Shown here piece by piece: positions 28,681 through 38,069 of a DNA stretch of 64,000 nt. Positions within the stretch are counted from its first letter, which is position 1. Every line of letters begins with the position of its first letter. The position numbers and the translations under genes are program-made. Under the pieces are notes generated by a model that was not told the origin of the DNA, did no database searches, and saw only the letters and a list, made by a program, of their open reading frames with translations. Origin of the DNA: an uncultured candidate division Zixibacteria bacterium (GTDB lineage: Bacteria; Zixibacteria; MSB-5A5; UBA10806); NCBI GenBank assembly GCA_963801605.1, contig CAWDFP010000011.1, positions 32,001-96,000 on the forward strand. The letters are read 5' to 3'.

Positions 28681-28709
28681 TTGCCCCAGGCTTTCTTCTT
28701 TCGTATAAT
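28681..28709 (+). promoter_or_regulatory. sigma70-type promoter for tRNA-SRP RNA
   Basis: TTGCCC-17 bp-TATAAT 23 nt upstream of the tRNA. Confidence 0.65.
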
Positions 28710-28732
28710 ACGGAGCAAAATTAGAGGTTTTA

Positions 28733-28805
28733 GGGGCAGTAGCTCAGCTGGGAGAGCGGTACGTTCGCAACGTACAGGTCGGCGGTTCGATCCCGCTCTG
28801 CTCCA
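28733..28805 (+). tRNA. tRNA-Ala (CGC); CCA not encoded
   Basis: GGGGCAG/CTGCTCC acceptor stem with G3:U70, D-arm AGCTCAGCTGGGAGAGC, anticodon stem GTACG-TTCGCAA-CGTAC, T-loop GGTTCGATCCC. Confidence 0.95.
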
Positions 28806-28811
28806 TAAGGT

Positions 28812-29102
28812 ATCGTGCTAAGCGGGGAGCTAGCGGTGCCCTGTAACCCGGAATCCGCTATACCGGGGCCGAATTCCCACCGGCGGATCGGATATTCGGA
28901 CTAAGTGTCCGGCCTGAAGCGATGCTCCGATGAAAGTCGGGGAGACAAGAGCCAGATCCCGCGCAACGGACGTCCGCCTAACCCCGTCAGGACCGGAAGG
29001 TAGCAGCGGTAAGCGGTAACGGCGTGTGCCGTGGGGAAGTCTGGCCCCAGCCAAGGACCGGTTCGTTTACTCGAAGATACGAGACAACGGTGGGTGCACG
29101 GT
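28812..29102 (+). ncRNA. ffs: Large (Alu-domain) bacterial SRP RNA
   Basis: 5' CGTGCTAAGCGGGGAG.TAGCGGTGCCCTGTA Alu domain as in Bacillus scRNA; helix 8 TCAGGACCGGAAGGTAGCAGC; 3' GTGCACGGT pairs with the 5' end; lies upstream of dnaX. Confidence 0.93.
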
Positions 29103-29167
29103 TAATATCGAAAATGATTTTAATTCGGGCTTAAGAAAACTGGTCGAAAAGACCAACCAGGTAGGAT

Positions 29168-30842
29168 ATGTCATATTTAGCGTTGGCAAGACGGTATCGC
29201 CCAGGCGATTTTGAAAGTATCCTGAGCCAGCATCATGTAACCCGGACTCTGCAAAACGCCATCAAATCGGGACGGATTTCGCATGCCTATCTCTTTTGCG
29301 GACCTCGCGGCACCGGCAAAGACCACCACGGCCCGTGTTTTGGCGCGCGCCCTTAACTGCGAAAAAGGGCCAACACCGGAGCCATGCGGCGTATGTACCG
29401 TTTGTAAGGAGATCGCATTAGGGTCATCGCCGGATGTTTTTGAAATCGATGCCGCTTCAAATCGGGGTATCGATGATATCCGTGAACTGCGCGAGAATGT
29501 GCGCTACAGCCCGGTGGCAGGACGATACAAGGTCTATATCATCGATGAAGTTCATCGTCTGACCAAAGAGGCGTTTGACGCGCTGCTTAAGACTCTCGAA
29601 GAGCCACCGTCGCATGTAATCTTTATTTTTGCGACAACCGACCCTCAGGCGCTGCCGGCCACGATCCTTTCGCGCACCCAGAGATATGATTTCAAACGAA
29701 TTCCGGTTTCGGGTTTAGCCGAGGCCGTTAACTCGGTGGCAGAAAAAGAGGGGATTAAGATCGTACCGGGCGCTTCCTTGCTAATCGCCAAGAAAGCTGA
29801 CGGTTCCCTGCGAGATGCTTTGTCGCTGCTCGATCAGCTTTCGAGTTTTTCCGATGGTCCGATTGATGAAGCTCAGACGGCCGAAGTGCTTGGCCTGGTA
29901 AAAACTGAACTGCTGGCTAAATTATCGGAAGCGATTATCGGGCGCGATATCAAACAGGCGCTTGAAATATGCGGCGAATTTTCAAAGGCCGGTGGAGATT
30001 CACAGGAGTTGGCCGACAGCCTGATCGGTTATATAAGGACATTACTGCTGATTAAAAGCGGTGTCCTCGATACTGAGGTTTTGGAGCTCGATAAGGGCGA
30101 GATCGATAGCGCCGGTGCGATTGTATCCGATATCGATACAGTTGATCTACTGCGCTATTTTACGATACTTGCCGATTATAAGGGCGCGGTTAAGCAGGGA
30201 CAGGACCCGGTTTATTCGTTCGAAGCCATATTAGTCAAGATGGCTACAATGGATCGGGCCGTATCACTGGAAGCGCTTCTCAATAAGATTCCATCCACAC
30301 CAGTATCCAGGACGCCAGCGCAATCACAAACCAGGCCCGAGAAAAAGGTGGAACCGGAACCTCGGCGTAATATCAAAACAGCCGAAGCTCCCAATGTTAA
30401 TAAAACCAGCCAACCGTCTGAGTTAATCAAGAAGCCGTCAATTGCTTCATCAGTTGTATCAGGCGAATGCATTTCAATCGATTATCTGAATGAAAACTGG
30501 GGCGGGTTCTGCGATCTGGTTAAGGAAAATAAAAGAACGTTATTCGCACATCTGGGTGTCTGCAATCCAGCCAAAATGGAGGGTGATAACCTGACTCTAT
30601 CGGTGGATAGCGCCAACAAATTTCAACTTGATCAGCTCTCAAAGCCGGAAAACAAGCGTTTCCTGGAGGATTCGCTTCGGGGATATTTCAAACGAGAGAT
30701 CAAGTTGAATTTAATTCAGGGGGATGCCAGCCGACGGCCGCTTAATGGGTCTCAAAATACTGACCCAAATACGCTTTTTGAGGGAGCGCCGGAGGCCCGG
30801 GAATTGTTTGATAATATGGGGGGAGAGATCATAGGGCAATGA
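29168..30842 (+). CDS. dnaX: DNA polymerase III subunit gamma/tau; indel near 29320 in the Walker A motif
   Basis: MSYLALARRYRP, HAYLFCGPRGTGK|TTTAR, EIDAASNRG, IIDEVH, LLKTLEEPP, GSLRDALSLLDQ. Confidence 0.95.
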
Positions 30843-30902
30843 TCGTTGTAAGAGGAGTACAGAATGCACGATTATTTCTTAAGGCTAATTAAAGGAGCGT
30901 AT

Positions 30903-31220
30903 ATGGCTAAGGGACTTGGCGATTTAATGAAGCAGATGCAGGCCATGCAGGCCAGGATGGAGGAGATGCAGGAGCAGCTCTCCGAAAAGCGGGTCGAGGG
31001 GACCGCGGGCGGCGGTATGGTCAGAGTGGTCGCCAATGGGAAACAGGAAATTCTGGAGATTAAGATAGATCCGGAAGTCGTGAGCAAAGACGACGTAGCC
31101 ATGCTCGAAGAGTTGGTTTTAGCAGCGGTTAACCAAGCCAGAGAAAAGGCCGCCGAGCTTCAGATGGAGGGGCTTTCCGGATTGACCGGCGGGCTTAAGA
31201 TTCCGGGAATGCCGTTTTAA
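30903..31220 (+). CDS. ybaB: Nucleoid-associated protein YbaB/EbfC
   Basis: LMKQMQAMQ, GTAGGGMV, IDPEV..DDVAMLEELVLAAVNQA; located between dnaX and recR. Confidence 0.93.
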   Translation: MAKGLGDLMKQMQAMQARMEEMQEQLSEKRVEGTAGGGMVRVVANGKQEILEIKIDPEVVSKDDVAMLEELVLAAVNQAREKAAELQMEGLSGLTGGLKIPGMPF

Positions 31221-31223
31221 GGG

Positions 31224-31814
31224 ATGCCGAAAGCGTTAGATGAACTTGTGGAGGCGCTATCGTCGCTTCCCGGCATAGGCAAGAAAAGCGCCACCAGGAT
31301 GGCGTTTTATCTGCTCAAACGTCCGGCCGAGGATTCGGCGGAGTTGGCCGAGCGAATCGTGAAAGCGCGCCAGAGTCTTCGGCCCTGCACCAATTGCGGC
31401 AATTTAGCGGAATCACAGCTTTGCGATATCTGTTCAAATTCCGCGAGAGATAAATCTGTTGTCTGCGTGGTTGAGGAATCATCAGATTTGCAGGCGATTG
31501 AATCGACCGGCGAATACCGCGGGCTATATCATGTGCTTGGCGGGGCGCTTTCGCCCCTTGACGGAGTCGGGCCTGATGAGTTGAATTTGGAAAGCCTCAA
31601 GCAGCGAGCAACCTCAGGTGTCAGAGAGATTATTCTGGCAACCAACCCGTCAACCGAGGGTGAGGCGACGGCATCATATATAATGTCATTCTTGAAAGAC
31701 AGCGGTGTTAAGGTGAGTCGTATTGCGCGCGGACTGCCTGCGGGCGGTTCATTGGAGTTTGCGGATAAGACCACGCTCTCCCGTGCCATGGAAAATAGAA
31801 CGGCGATGAAATAG
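31224..31814 (+). CDS. recR: Recombination protein RecR
   Basis: LPGIGKKSA HhH, C4 zinc finger, YHVLGGALSPLDG, ATNPSTEGEATA, TRIARG-like TOPRIM motif. Confidence 0.97.
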   Translation: MPKALDELVEALSSLPGIGKKSATRMAFYLLKRPAEDSAELAERIVKARQSLRPCTNCGNLAESQLCDICSNSARDKSVVCVVEESSDLQAIESTGEYRGLYHVLGGALSPLDGVGPDELNLESLKQRATSGVREIILATNPSTEGEATASYIMSFLKDSGVKVSRIARGLPAGGSLEFADKTTLSRAMENRTAMK

Positions 31815-31892
31815 ATAAATCTCAGATATTTTTTACATAGGCCATTAATAAAATTGTGATTTTATTCTAATTGAATGCATTATTTGGATTTA

Positions 31893-31922
31893 TGTAGGGG
31901 CGTATTGCAATACGCCCCTACA
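31893..31922. repeat. Perfect 30-bp GTAG-type REP palindrome
   Basis: TGTAGGGGCGTATTGCAATACGCCCCTACA; partial copy GCCCCTACAC near 31985. Confidence 0.8.
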
Positions 31923-32027
31923 CCAATTTAATAAAATATTTCTTTTGATTGTGAAATAGGCTTTTTCAACAATTACCAGTTAGTGCCCCTACACAATCAT
32001 GATAGATATATAATTCAGGAAATAATT

Positions 32028-32063
32028 AAGGCCTTCGCGGGAGATCAATAGCGCGAAGGCCTT
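32028..32063. terminator. Hairpin between convergent genes
   Basis: AAGGCCTTCGCG..CGCGAAGGCCTT. Confidence 0.55.
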
Positions 32064-32098
32064 GTTACTGCGAGAGTAGAATTTATCTCGCTATCCGG

Positions 32099-32548
32099 TT
32101 ACCTCGAAGCCACCCCATTTTCCATATTTAGCATCAAGCTTTCAATCGATACCAACTGCTGGAATTTGGCAAGCTGATCCATTTCCAGAATAGAGCGAGC
32201 CTGGATGATAGCTTCCATTTCGGCGGTTCTATAATCGGTTTCATACTTAAAGTATTCTTTAATCAAGCTGAGAACCGCGACGCTATTCATGTTGGTCCAG
32301 TTGGATGTGAACTTCTCGATCTCGTTGAGCCTGATTCCAGATTGAAACTTAGCCTCATCCATTCTCTGCTGCGCCGTCTTTTGGATAATTTCAAGCTTCT
32401 TTACCTGCGATGGGGTCAGGTTCAATGATGATTTATAATCGAGGATTTTTGAAATTTGTGTTCCCGGAGTCTGGCCGGCGTTGCTCGGGATGGCGGCCAA
32501 CATATATCCCAGGAAAATCACTGCTGTAATTGCGATAACCTTTTTCAT
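32099..32548 (-). CDS. Secreted/periplasmic helical protein, Spy/CpxP (LTxxQ)-like
   Basis: Signal peptide; LNLTPSQVKKL and ARSILEMDQ motifs. Confidence 0.5.
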   Translation of the reverse strand: MKKVIAITAVIFLGYMLAAIPSNAGQTPGTQISKILDYKSSLNLTPSQVKKLEIIQKTAQQRMDEAKFQSGIRLNEIEKFTSNWTNMNSVAVLSLIKEYFKYETDYRTAEMEAIIQARSILEMDQLAKFQQLVSIESLMLNMENGVASR

Positions 32549-32831
32549 CGCTGCCTCCTACTCTTTCAAACCTTTGCGGCTTTTATTTTTTTTCAAATAT
32601 CTCAGAGAGCGAAGGGAGCTTCACTTATGTCCCGCGATAGTCAGTTTCGTTATTATTGAATTGCAGCCGATGACTATCGATTGCTCTTCTTAACTTTTAA
32701 CTCTCACTATGAACTACGGAAATCGCAAGGCAGTGTTTCAAAAATTTACACAAACATTTATAAAGAAAAATAAATTTTTAGGGGAATAAAATAATTGAAA
32801 CATTTGTAATATTAAAGATATCGATTACAAC

Positions 32832-32870
32832 AAAAAATGGCGTCAGACCCTAAAGCCCGACGCCATAAAA
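32832..32870 (-). terminator. Intrinsic terminator ending the minus-strand peptidase run
   Basis: On the minus strand ATGGCGTCGGG..TCTGACGCCAT followed by TTTTT. Confidence 0.7.
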
Positions 32871-32886
32871 TAAAAGCGGAATTGAT

Positions 32887-34263
32887 TTACATATCGTCCA
32901 CGGTTTTAATGGTAACAGTCCCCAGAGTTTTCAAGCTATCCTGTACTGCGGCGGCGTTGGAAACGATGGTGAAATCCATATTATCGGGATCGATATACTT
33001 CTGCGCGGCGCGAAGGATATCTGCCTTGGTTACCTTTTTGACATTCTTTGTGAAATCCTGAATGTAAGAAACGGGGAGATCGTAAATCTTGATCTTAATA
33101 ATTTCACTGGCGACCTGCGCGGGCGTCTCAAGGGTCATTGGATAATAACCCTCGTAGAAGTTAACGGCATCGGTATATTCGTTATCGGTAACTTCAGCCT
33201 GCCGAATCCCCTTAATTACTTTAAGCGAGGCGCGGATAGCGCTCATGGTGGAATCGTTTTCGGTGAAAGTGTTACAATAGAACGCGGCGGGATGCAGATT
33301 CCATTCGTTGGTGCTGCGAATATCGTAAGTCATGCCGCCCTTAACGCGAACCTCGTTGTTGAGACGCGAGGTAAAACCGACTCCCAGAATATAATTCATA
33401 AGGAGCATCGGATAATAATCAGGATTCTGGCGAGTGATGCCGAAATGTCCATAGCGGATATTTGTCTGGGTGACATCGGGTTTGTTAATGAGCAGAATAT
33501 TGTATCCTTTAGGCGCAGGAGGCATGGTCCAATCGAGGACCGGGATCGTGGCCTGTTTCCAATCTCCGAAAGCCTTGGAAATCTTGGGCAAAATCTCAGC
33601 CGGTTTGATATCTCCGGCGATCACCAGGAAAGCATTGTTGGGATGATAATAGGTATTGTAGAAACCGGTGATATCATCCCTGGTGATAGCCTTAACCGTC
33701 GGCTCAGTTCCCTCGCCCGGATGGCCGTAGGGGTTGTCGCCAAAGAGCATCTGATCGAAACCTCTGTCGCAGAGGGTGCCGGCATCATCTTTTGATTGCA
33801 CGATGCCGCTTAGCACCTCGTTTCTGTGACGTTCAATTTCGCTGGTATCAAATGCCGGATGCAGAATGATTTCGGAAAGTAGTCCCAGGCCCACATCGAA
33901 ATGCTTCAGTAACACATCGCAACTGGCGTTGGTAGCATCGCGATCGGCTCCGGCGCCCAGCGATCCGCCTACAAAATCAATCGCCTCGGCAATTTGCGTG
34001 GCGGTTTTGCCCTCAACGCCGTTTCGAAGCATGCTGGCGGTGAAATCGGCTAATCCGCCCTTTGCCAGGGGATCGTTAGCAGAGCCGGCTCTGATTACCA
34101 TCCTCATCGAGACAGTGGGAAGTTCGTGGTTTTCGATAGTCACCACCACCAGCCCGTTAGAAAGAGTGTCTTCGGTTATCGGAGGAAGCTTGACCTCGCT
34201 GGCATAAGCCCAGGTGAAACCGAAAAGAACCAGTATTATTATTAGGTATTTTTTCATAATCAC
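32887..34263 (-). CDS. Peptidase M16B, non-catalytic subunit, secreted
   Basis: Signal peptide; LSNGL, GLADFTASML (no HxxEH), NPYGHP, SRLNNEVRVKGGMTY. Confidence 0.9.
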   Translation of the reverse strand: MIMKKYLIIILVLFGFTWAYASEVKLPPITEDTLSNGLVVVTIENHELPTVSMRMVIRAGSANDPLAKGGLADFTASMLRNGVEGKTATQIAEAIDFVGGSLGAGADRDATNASCDVLLKHFDVGLGLLSEIILHPAFDTSEIERHRNEVLSGIVQSKDDAGTLCDRGFDQMLFGDNPYGHPGEGTEPTVKAITRDDITGFYNTYYHPNNAFLVIAGDIKPAEILPKISKAFGDWKQATIPVLDWTMPPAPKGYNILLINKPDVTQTNIRYGHFGITRQNPDYYPMLLMNYILGVGFTSRLNNEVRVKGGMTYDIRSTNEWNLHPAAFYCNTFTENDSTMSAIRASLKVIKGIRQAEVTDNEYTDAVNFYEGYYPMTLETPAQVASEIIKIKIYDLPVSYIQDFTKNVKKVTKADILRAAQKYIDPDNMDFTIVSNAAAVQDSLKTLGTVTIKTVDDM

Positions 34264-35612
34264 TTCCCTTCCCCGGCGTTAGGAGCGGCGGCTTTTTGTG
34301 GAGGCTTGGTGGGTATCAGGTTAATAACCGTCCGTCCATTTTCCGTCAAATACTTGTTGGCCACCCGCATGACGTCATCAGCAGTGACAGCCTGAATTTT
34401 GTCGGGATAGCTGTAAATATTGTTGTAATCATCAGTGCTTATCTGGAACGAGCCAACCTCGCTGGCGCGGCCCTCATTCGATTGCAGACCATTAATGAAA
34501 TCAGATTCCATCTGGTTTTTAGCTTTCTGAAGCTCATCGGCGGAGATCGGCTCCGTTTTCAAACGATCGATTTCCTCGAAAACTTCTTTTTTAATCGAAT
34601 CCATACTGGAACCGGGAGTAGCCTGCGCGGCAACGTAAAAGAGCGAGGGGTCATGCAGCACCATAGCGGCGCCCTCGACGAAGATCGCTTTCTGCTCGGC
34701 GTATACCAAGCGGTGATAGAGCCTCGACGACTCACCGTCGAAAAGCACTTTGCCCGCAACCTGTAAGGGAACGATATCGGCGTCCTTTCCTGCGGGGATT
34801 TTGTAACCCGCCATCATGGCGGGCAGTTGAGCGACTTTGTGGAAATCAATTCTTTTCTCGCCCTTTTGTTCCGGCTCCACGGTAGTTACGAGCGGGGCCG
34901 GAGGTTCGGCCTTGATTACGGCGTAAGATTTTTTAACTAGCTTCAGCGCCTCGACGGGATTGAAATCGCCGGCAATCACCAAAAAGCTGTTATTGGGAGC
35001 ATAATGGCTGCGGTAATAATCGAGGCTCTCTTGCAGAGTGATAGCGTCGATATCCGATCTGAAGCCGATCGGAAGCCATCTGTAGGGGTGCGCTACGAAG
35101 GCGTTATTGAAAAGCTGTTCATACATGGCGCCAAATGGCGAATTATCATATCGCCAGAGTCGTTCGTTGATGACCACGTTGCGTTCGGAATTCAAGTTGG
35201 CTTCGTTGATATCCAAATTGCGCGAGCGATCCGCTTCCAGTTCAACGGCGATAGCAAGCTTATCGGAGGGCATAACCTCATAGTAGGTAGTATTGTCAAA
35301 GGCGGTCCAGGCGTTATTTACGCCGCCGTTGCCGTTAACGAGGCGATCAAATTTGTCCTTGGGAAAATTTTTTGTGCCTTTGAACATCATGTGCTCGAAA
35401 AGATGCGAGATGCCGGTAATGCCCGGCCGCTCGTTTTTGCTCCCGGTTTTATACCAGACCTGTACGGTGACAGTGGGAGCGGAATGATCCGGTATAAGCA
35501 GCACCATCAGGCCGTTATCGAGCTGTTGCTTTTCGATGGGAAAAGCCAGCTCCGCGGCCGGAGCCGTTGCCGCAAAAATTAAAAAGAAAAGGACCGTCAA
35601 TCTCAGGGTCAT
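34260..35612 (-). CDS. Peptidase M16B, catalytic subunit, secreted
   Basis: Signal peptide; GISHLFEHMMFKGT (HxxEH), NAWT, ERNVVINER, HPYRW, YAPNN. Confidence 0.92.
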   Translation of the reverse strand: MTLRLTVLFFLIFAATAPAAELAFPIEKQQLDNGLMVLLIPDHSAPTVTVQVWYKTGSKNERPGITGISHLFEHMMFKGTKNFPKDKFDRLVNGNGGVNNAWTAFDNTTYYEVMPSDKLAIAVELEADRSRNLDINEANLNSERNVVINERLWRYDNSPFGAMYEQLFNNAFVAHPYRWLPIGFRSDIDAITLQESLDYYRSHYAPNNSFLVIAGDFNPVEALKLVKKSYAVIKAEPPAPLVTTVEPEQKGEKRIDFHKVAQLPAMMAGYKIPAGKDADIVPLQVAGKVLFDGESSRLYHRLVYAEQKAIFVEGAAMVLHDPSLFYVAAQATPGSSMDSIKKEVFEEIDRLKTEPISADELQKAKNQMESDFINGLQSNEGRASEVGSFQISTDDYNNIYSYPDKIQAVTADDVMRVANKYLTENGRTVINLIPTKPPQKAAAPNAGEGK

Positions 35613-35628
35613 TATTCTCCTCCGATTG

Positions 35629-38007
35629 TTATTTTATTTTTATTTCGTATTGTGGCTTGTAATAATATTCGCCATCGCCCGCTCGGCCCAGGATTGAACT
35701 AAGCTGGCTCTCAAGCGATGGCGTACTTATCGACGGCAAAAAAGAAACACTGTATACGGGAAATGTCTCCACCTCGATCCTGTCTTTGGGATCGATATGC
35801 GCTCTCTGGCGCGCCCGCTCGATAGCGTCATATATGCCGCCGTAATTATCAACCAATCCGAATTCCTTGGCTTGATGGCCAGTCCAGACGCGGCCCTGAG
35901 CAATGGCATCGATAGAATCGTAATCGATCTTTCGGCCCGCAGAGACCTTTTTCACAAAATCATCATAATACTCCCACATCAGGGTATCGATCAGAGCCAA
36001 CTCGCCGGTCGTTGCCGGACGGTTGCTCGCCCGGATATCGGCGTGTTCGCCCCTCTTAATTGTTTCGTTGCGAATTCCGATCTTTTCGTAAAACCCGGAA
36101 AGATCCACTTTGCCAACCACGACGCCAATCGATCCGGTGATTGTGCCCGGCGAGGCCAGTATCTCGTCTCCGGGGCAGGAGATATAATAACCGCCCGATG
36201 CTGCCACGCCGCCCATCGAAACTATCACGGGCTTTTTCGATTTGAGCAGCAATAGTTGCCTATAGATTTCCTCGGAGGCAAAAACATCCCCGCCCGGTGA
36301 ATTAACTCTGAAAACCACGGCTTGAATTGCGGGGTTTTCTCTAATCTGCTTAAGAGTCTTTCGAAGTGTCGTCGATCCGACTACCTTGCCTTCAAGGAGA
36401 CTGGTGCCGTTCTCGCCCTGCATGATCGACCCGTCAGCGTAAACGATAGCGATCTTCTTGGGCTCACTCCAACGAGGATTATAATCGGGAATATTATAAT
36501 AGTTATCCAGATCGATCTGGTCCGCAAATGGTCCGCCATTCTCAGACAGTTCATCATAATTTTTAAGATCATCGATTAAGCCGGCGTTATAAGCGTCCTG
36601 CGCAGAAAAAGGGCCGGAATCAATCAGGTTCCTCATCTTTTCAGGCGATACATTTCGGCTGGCGGCAATATCGTTGACAAACTGATCATAGAGATCGTCG
36701 AGCAGCCAGTTGATCTGTTCGCGGGCGGCATCAGAAAGGGCAGTATCGACGAAAGCGTCACCGAAAGTTTTATGCGGGCCGGTCGAGAGAATTTCGGCTC
36801 TGATCCCCAGTTTATCCATAGTCCCTTTATAGAAACGAGTCGTAGCGGCCAGGCCTTTGAGTTCAAGCAATCCCGATGGATTCATGATGATTTGGTCTGA
36901 AACCGAGGCCAGATAATATCCGAGATTACCAGTCTCGCCCATATAGGTCACTACTCTCTTGCCGTTATCGCGATATTCCTTTATGGCGTTTCGCAATTCC
37001 TGAACGCTGGCGAAATCCAGATTGACATCCTCGATATTCACAAGCAGGCTTTTGATATGAGGATCGCTCGCGCCGCGTTTGAGGTCTCGTATGACCGAAT
37101 AAAACGAGCGTTTGCCCGGTGCGAATATCGCCCGGCCCCTCGGCTCCTCAACGATATCGCTTTTCAAAACCATAGAGCCCGGTCGAGCGACACTGGCGAA
37201 ACCGGTGCGATACTCCTCAGCTTCCACCTCAAGATAATAGGACCCGCCGCTATAGTGGCTTTCTCTGAAGATTCTGGGTTGGATCCCGATGCTCGATTGC
37301 GAGAAATCGAAGGATAAATTAAAACGCCATTGTCCGTTGGTACGATAGTCACTAACGAACGACACCCCGTTGAACGGCCCCAGGGCCACTCGAAATATGC
37401 CGTTGGAATGCGAAATGGATTTTCCTTCGAGGAAAAGGCCATCGGCGGAGAAAGTGATTTTATCGCCAAAAGGACGAAGCCCCAGGCCGGGCTGGTAGAT
37501 GCGTTTTTGTTTGATTCCCCCAAGACGGGGTTCATTTAATTTGTCGACGACCAAACCCAGTGAGGCAAACGGTTTGGGGTGATATAACAAGCCAAGCTTC
37601 CAATCCTTTTTGCCCTTATATAAGACGTCGGCAGCGCCAAACCAGGCGTAGGAAACCCCGACATAAAAATTGGGAAGCATACGGTCACCCATGGCGAGCG
37701 TATATTTTCGTCTGAAGATATCGGTGGAATGATTGAGCCACTCTATCGAGAAGAAAGCGCCTCGAGACGCCAGCATCAAGCCATCGTTACCCTTGTAGGT
37801 GGAATCGGTGAAATCATGAGTATACTGCAAACCCATCGAATTCCAGAATCCGAGCGCCGCGGGATTTACAATTCCTGAAAGCGGGCGGTCAACCGTCGCC
37901 ACCGATTGTGATTGATAGTCGACTCCCGACAGGGGATCGATTTGCTGGGCATTGATGTTACTCAGGGAAAAAAGCAAAGCGATTAAGGTAATCGGAATGT
38001 ATTTCAT
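35629..38007 (-). CDS. sppA: Signal peptide peptidase SppA (two S49 domains) with N-terminal beta-barrel-like domain
   Basis: RVNSPGG, SMGGVAASGGYYIS, TITGSIGV, QGRVWTG; Lys in GPHKT of the first domain; N-terminal about 260 aa with SVA..NPAALG and alternating aromatic/Gly beta-strands. Confidence 0.85.
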   Translation of the reverse strand: MKYIPITLIALLFSLSNINAQQIDPLSGVDYQSQSVATVDRPLSGIVNPAALGFWNSMGLQYTHDFTDSTYKGNDGLMLASRGAFFSIEWLNHSTDIFRRKYTLAMGDRMLPNFYVGVSYAWFGAADVLYKGKKDWKLGLLYHPKPFASLGLVVDKLNEPRLGGIKQKRIYQPGLGLRPFGDKITFSADGLFLEGKSISHSNGIFRVALGPFNGVSFVSDYRTNGQWRFNLSFDFSQSSIGIQPRIFRESHYSGGSYYLEVEAEEYRTGFASVARPGSMVLKSDIVEEPRGRAIFAPGKRSFYSVIRDLKRGASDPHIKSLLVNIEDVNLDFASVQELRNAIKEYRDNGKRVVTYMGETGNLGYYLASVSDQIIMNPSGLLELKGLAATTRFYKGTMDKLGIRAEILSTGPHKTFGDAFVDTALSDAAREQINWLLDDLYDQFVNDIAASRNVSPEKMRNLIDSGPFSAQDAYNAGLIDDLKNYDELSENGGPFADQIDLDNYYNIPDYNPRWSEPKKIAIVYADGSIMQGENGTSLLEGKVVGSTTLRKTLKQIRENPAIQAVVFRVNSPGGDVFASEEIYRQLLLLKSKKPVIVSMGGVAASGGYYISCPGDEILASPGTITGSIGVVVGKVDLSGFYEKIGIRNETIKRGEHADIRASNRPATTGELALIDTLMWEYYDDFVKKVSAGRKIDYDSIDAIAQGRVWTGHQAKEFGLVDNYGGIYDAIERARQRAHIDPKDRIEVETFPVYSVSFLPSISTPSLESQLSSILGRAGDGEYYYKPQYEIKIK

Positions 38008-38069
38008 TTATGCTCCTTGATAAATTTCCGGGAGGAAAATACGCAGTCGAATGAGTGGAGGCAAGGGTT

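Noticed and set aside
29300..29330. Programmed dnaX frameshift (gamma/tau)
   Set aside because: The break is inside the Walker A motif near codon 50, not after domain III as in known dnaX recoding; it fits the window-wide indel pattern
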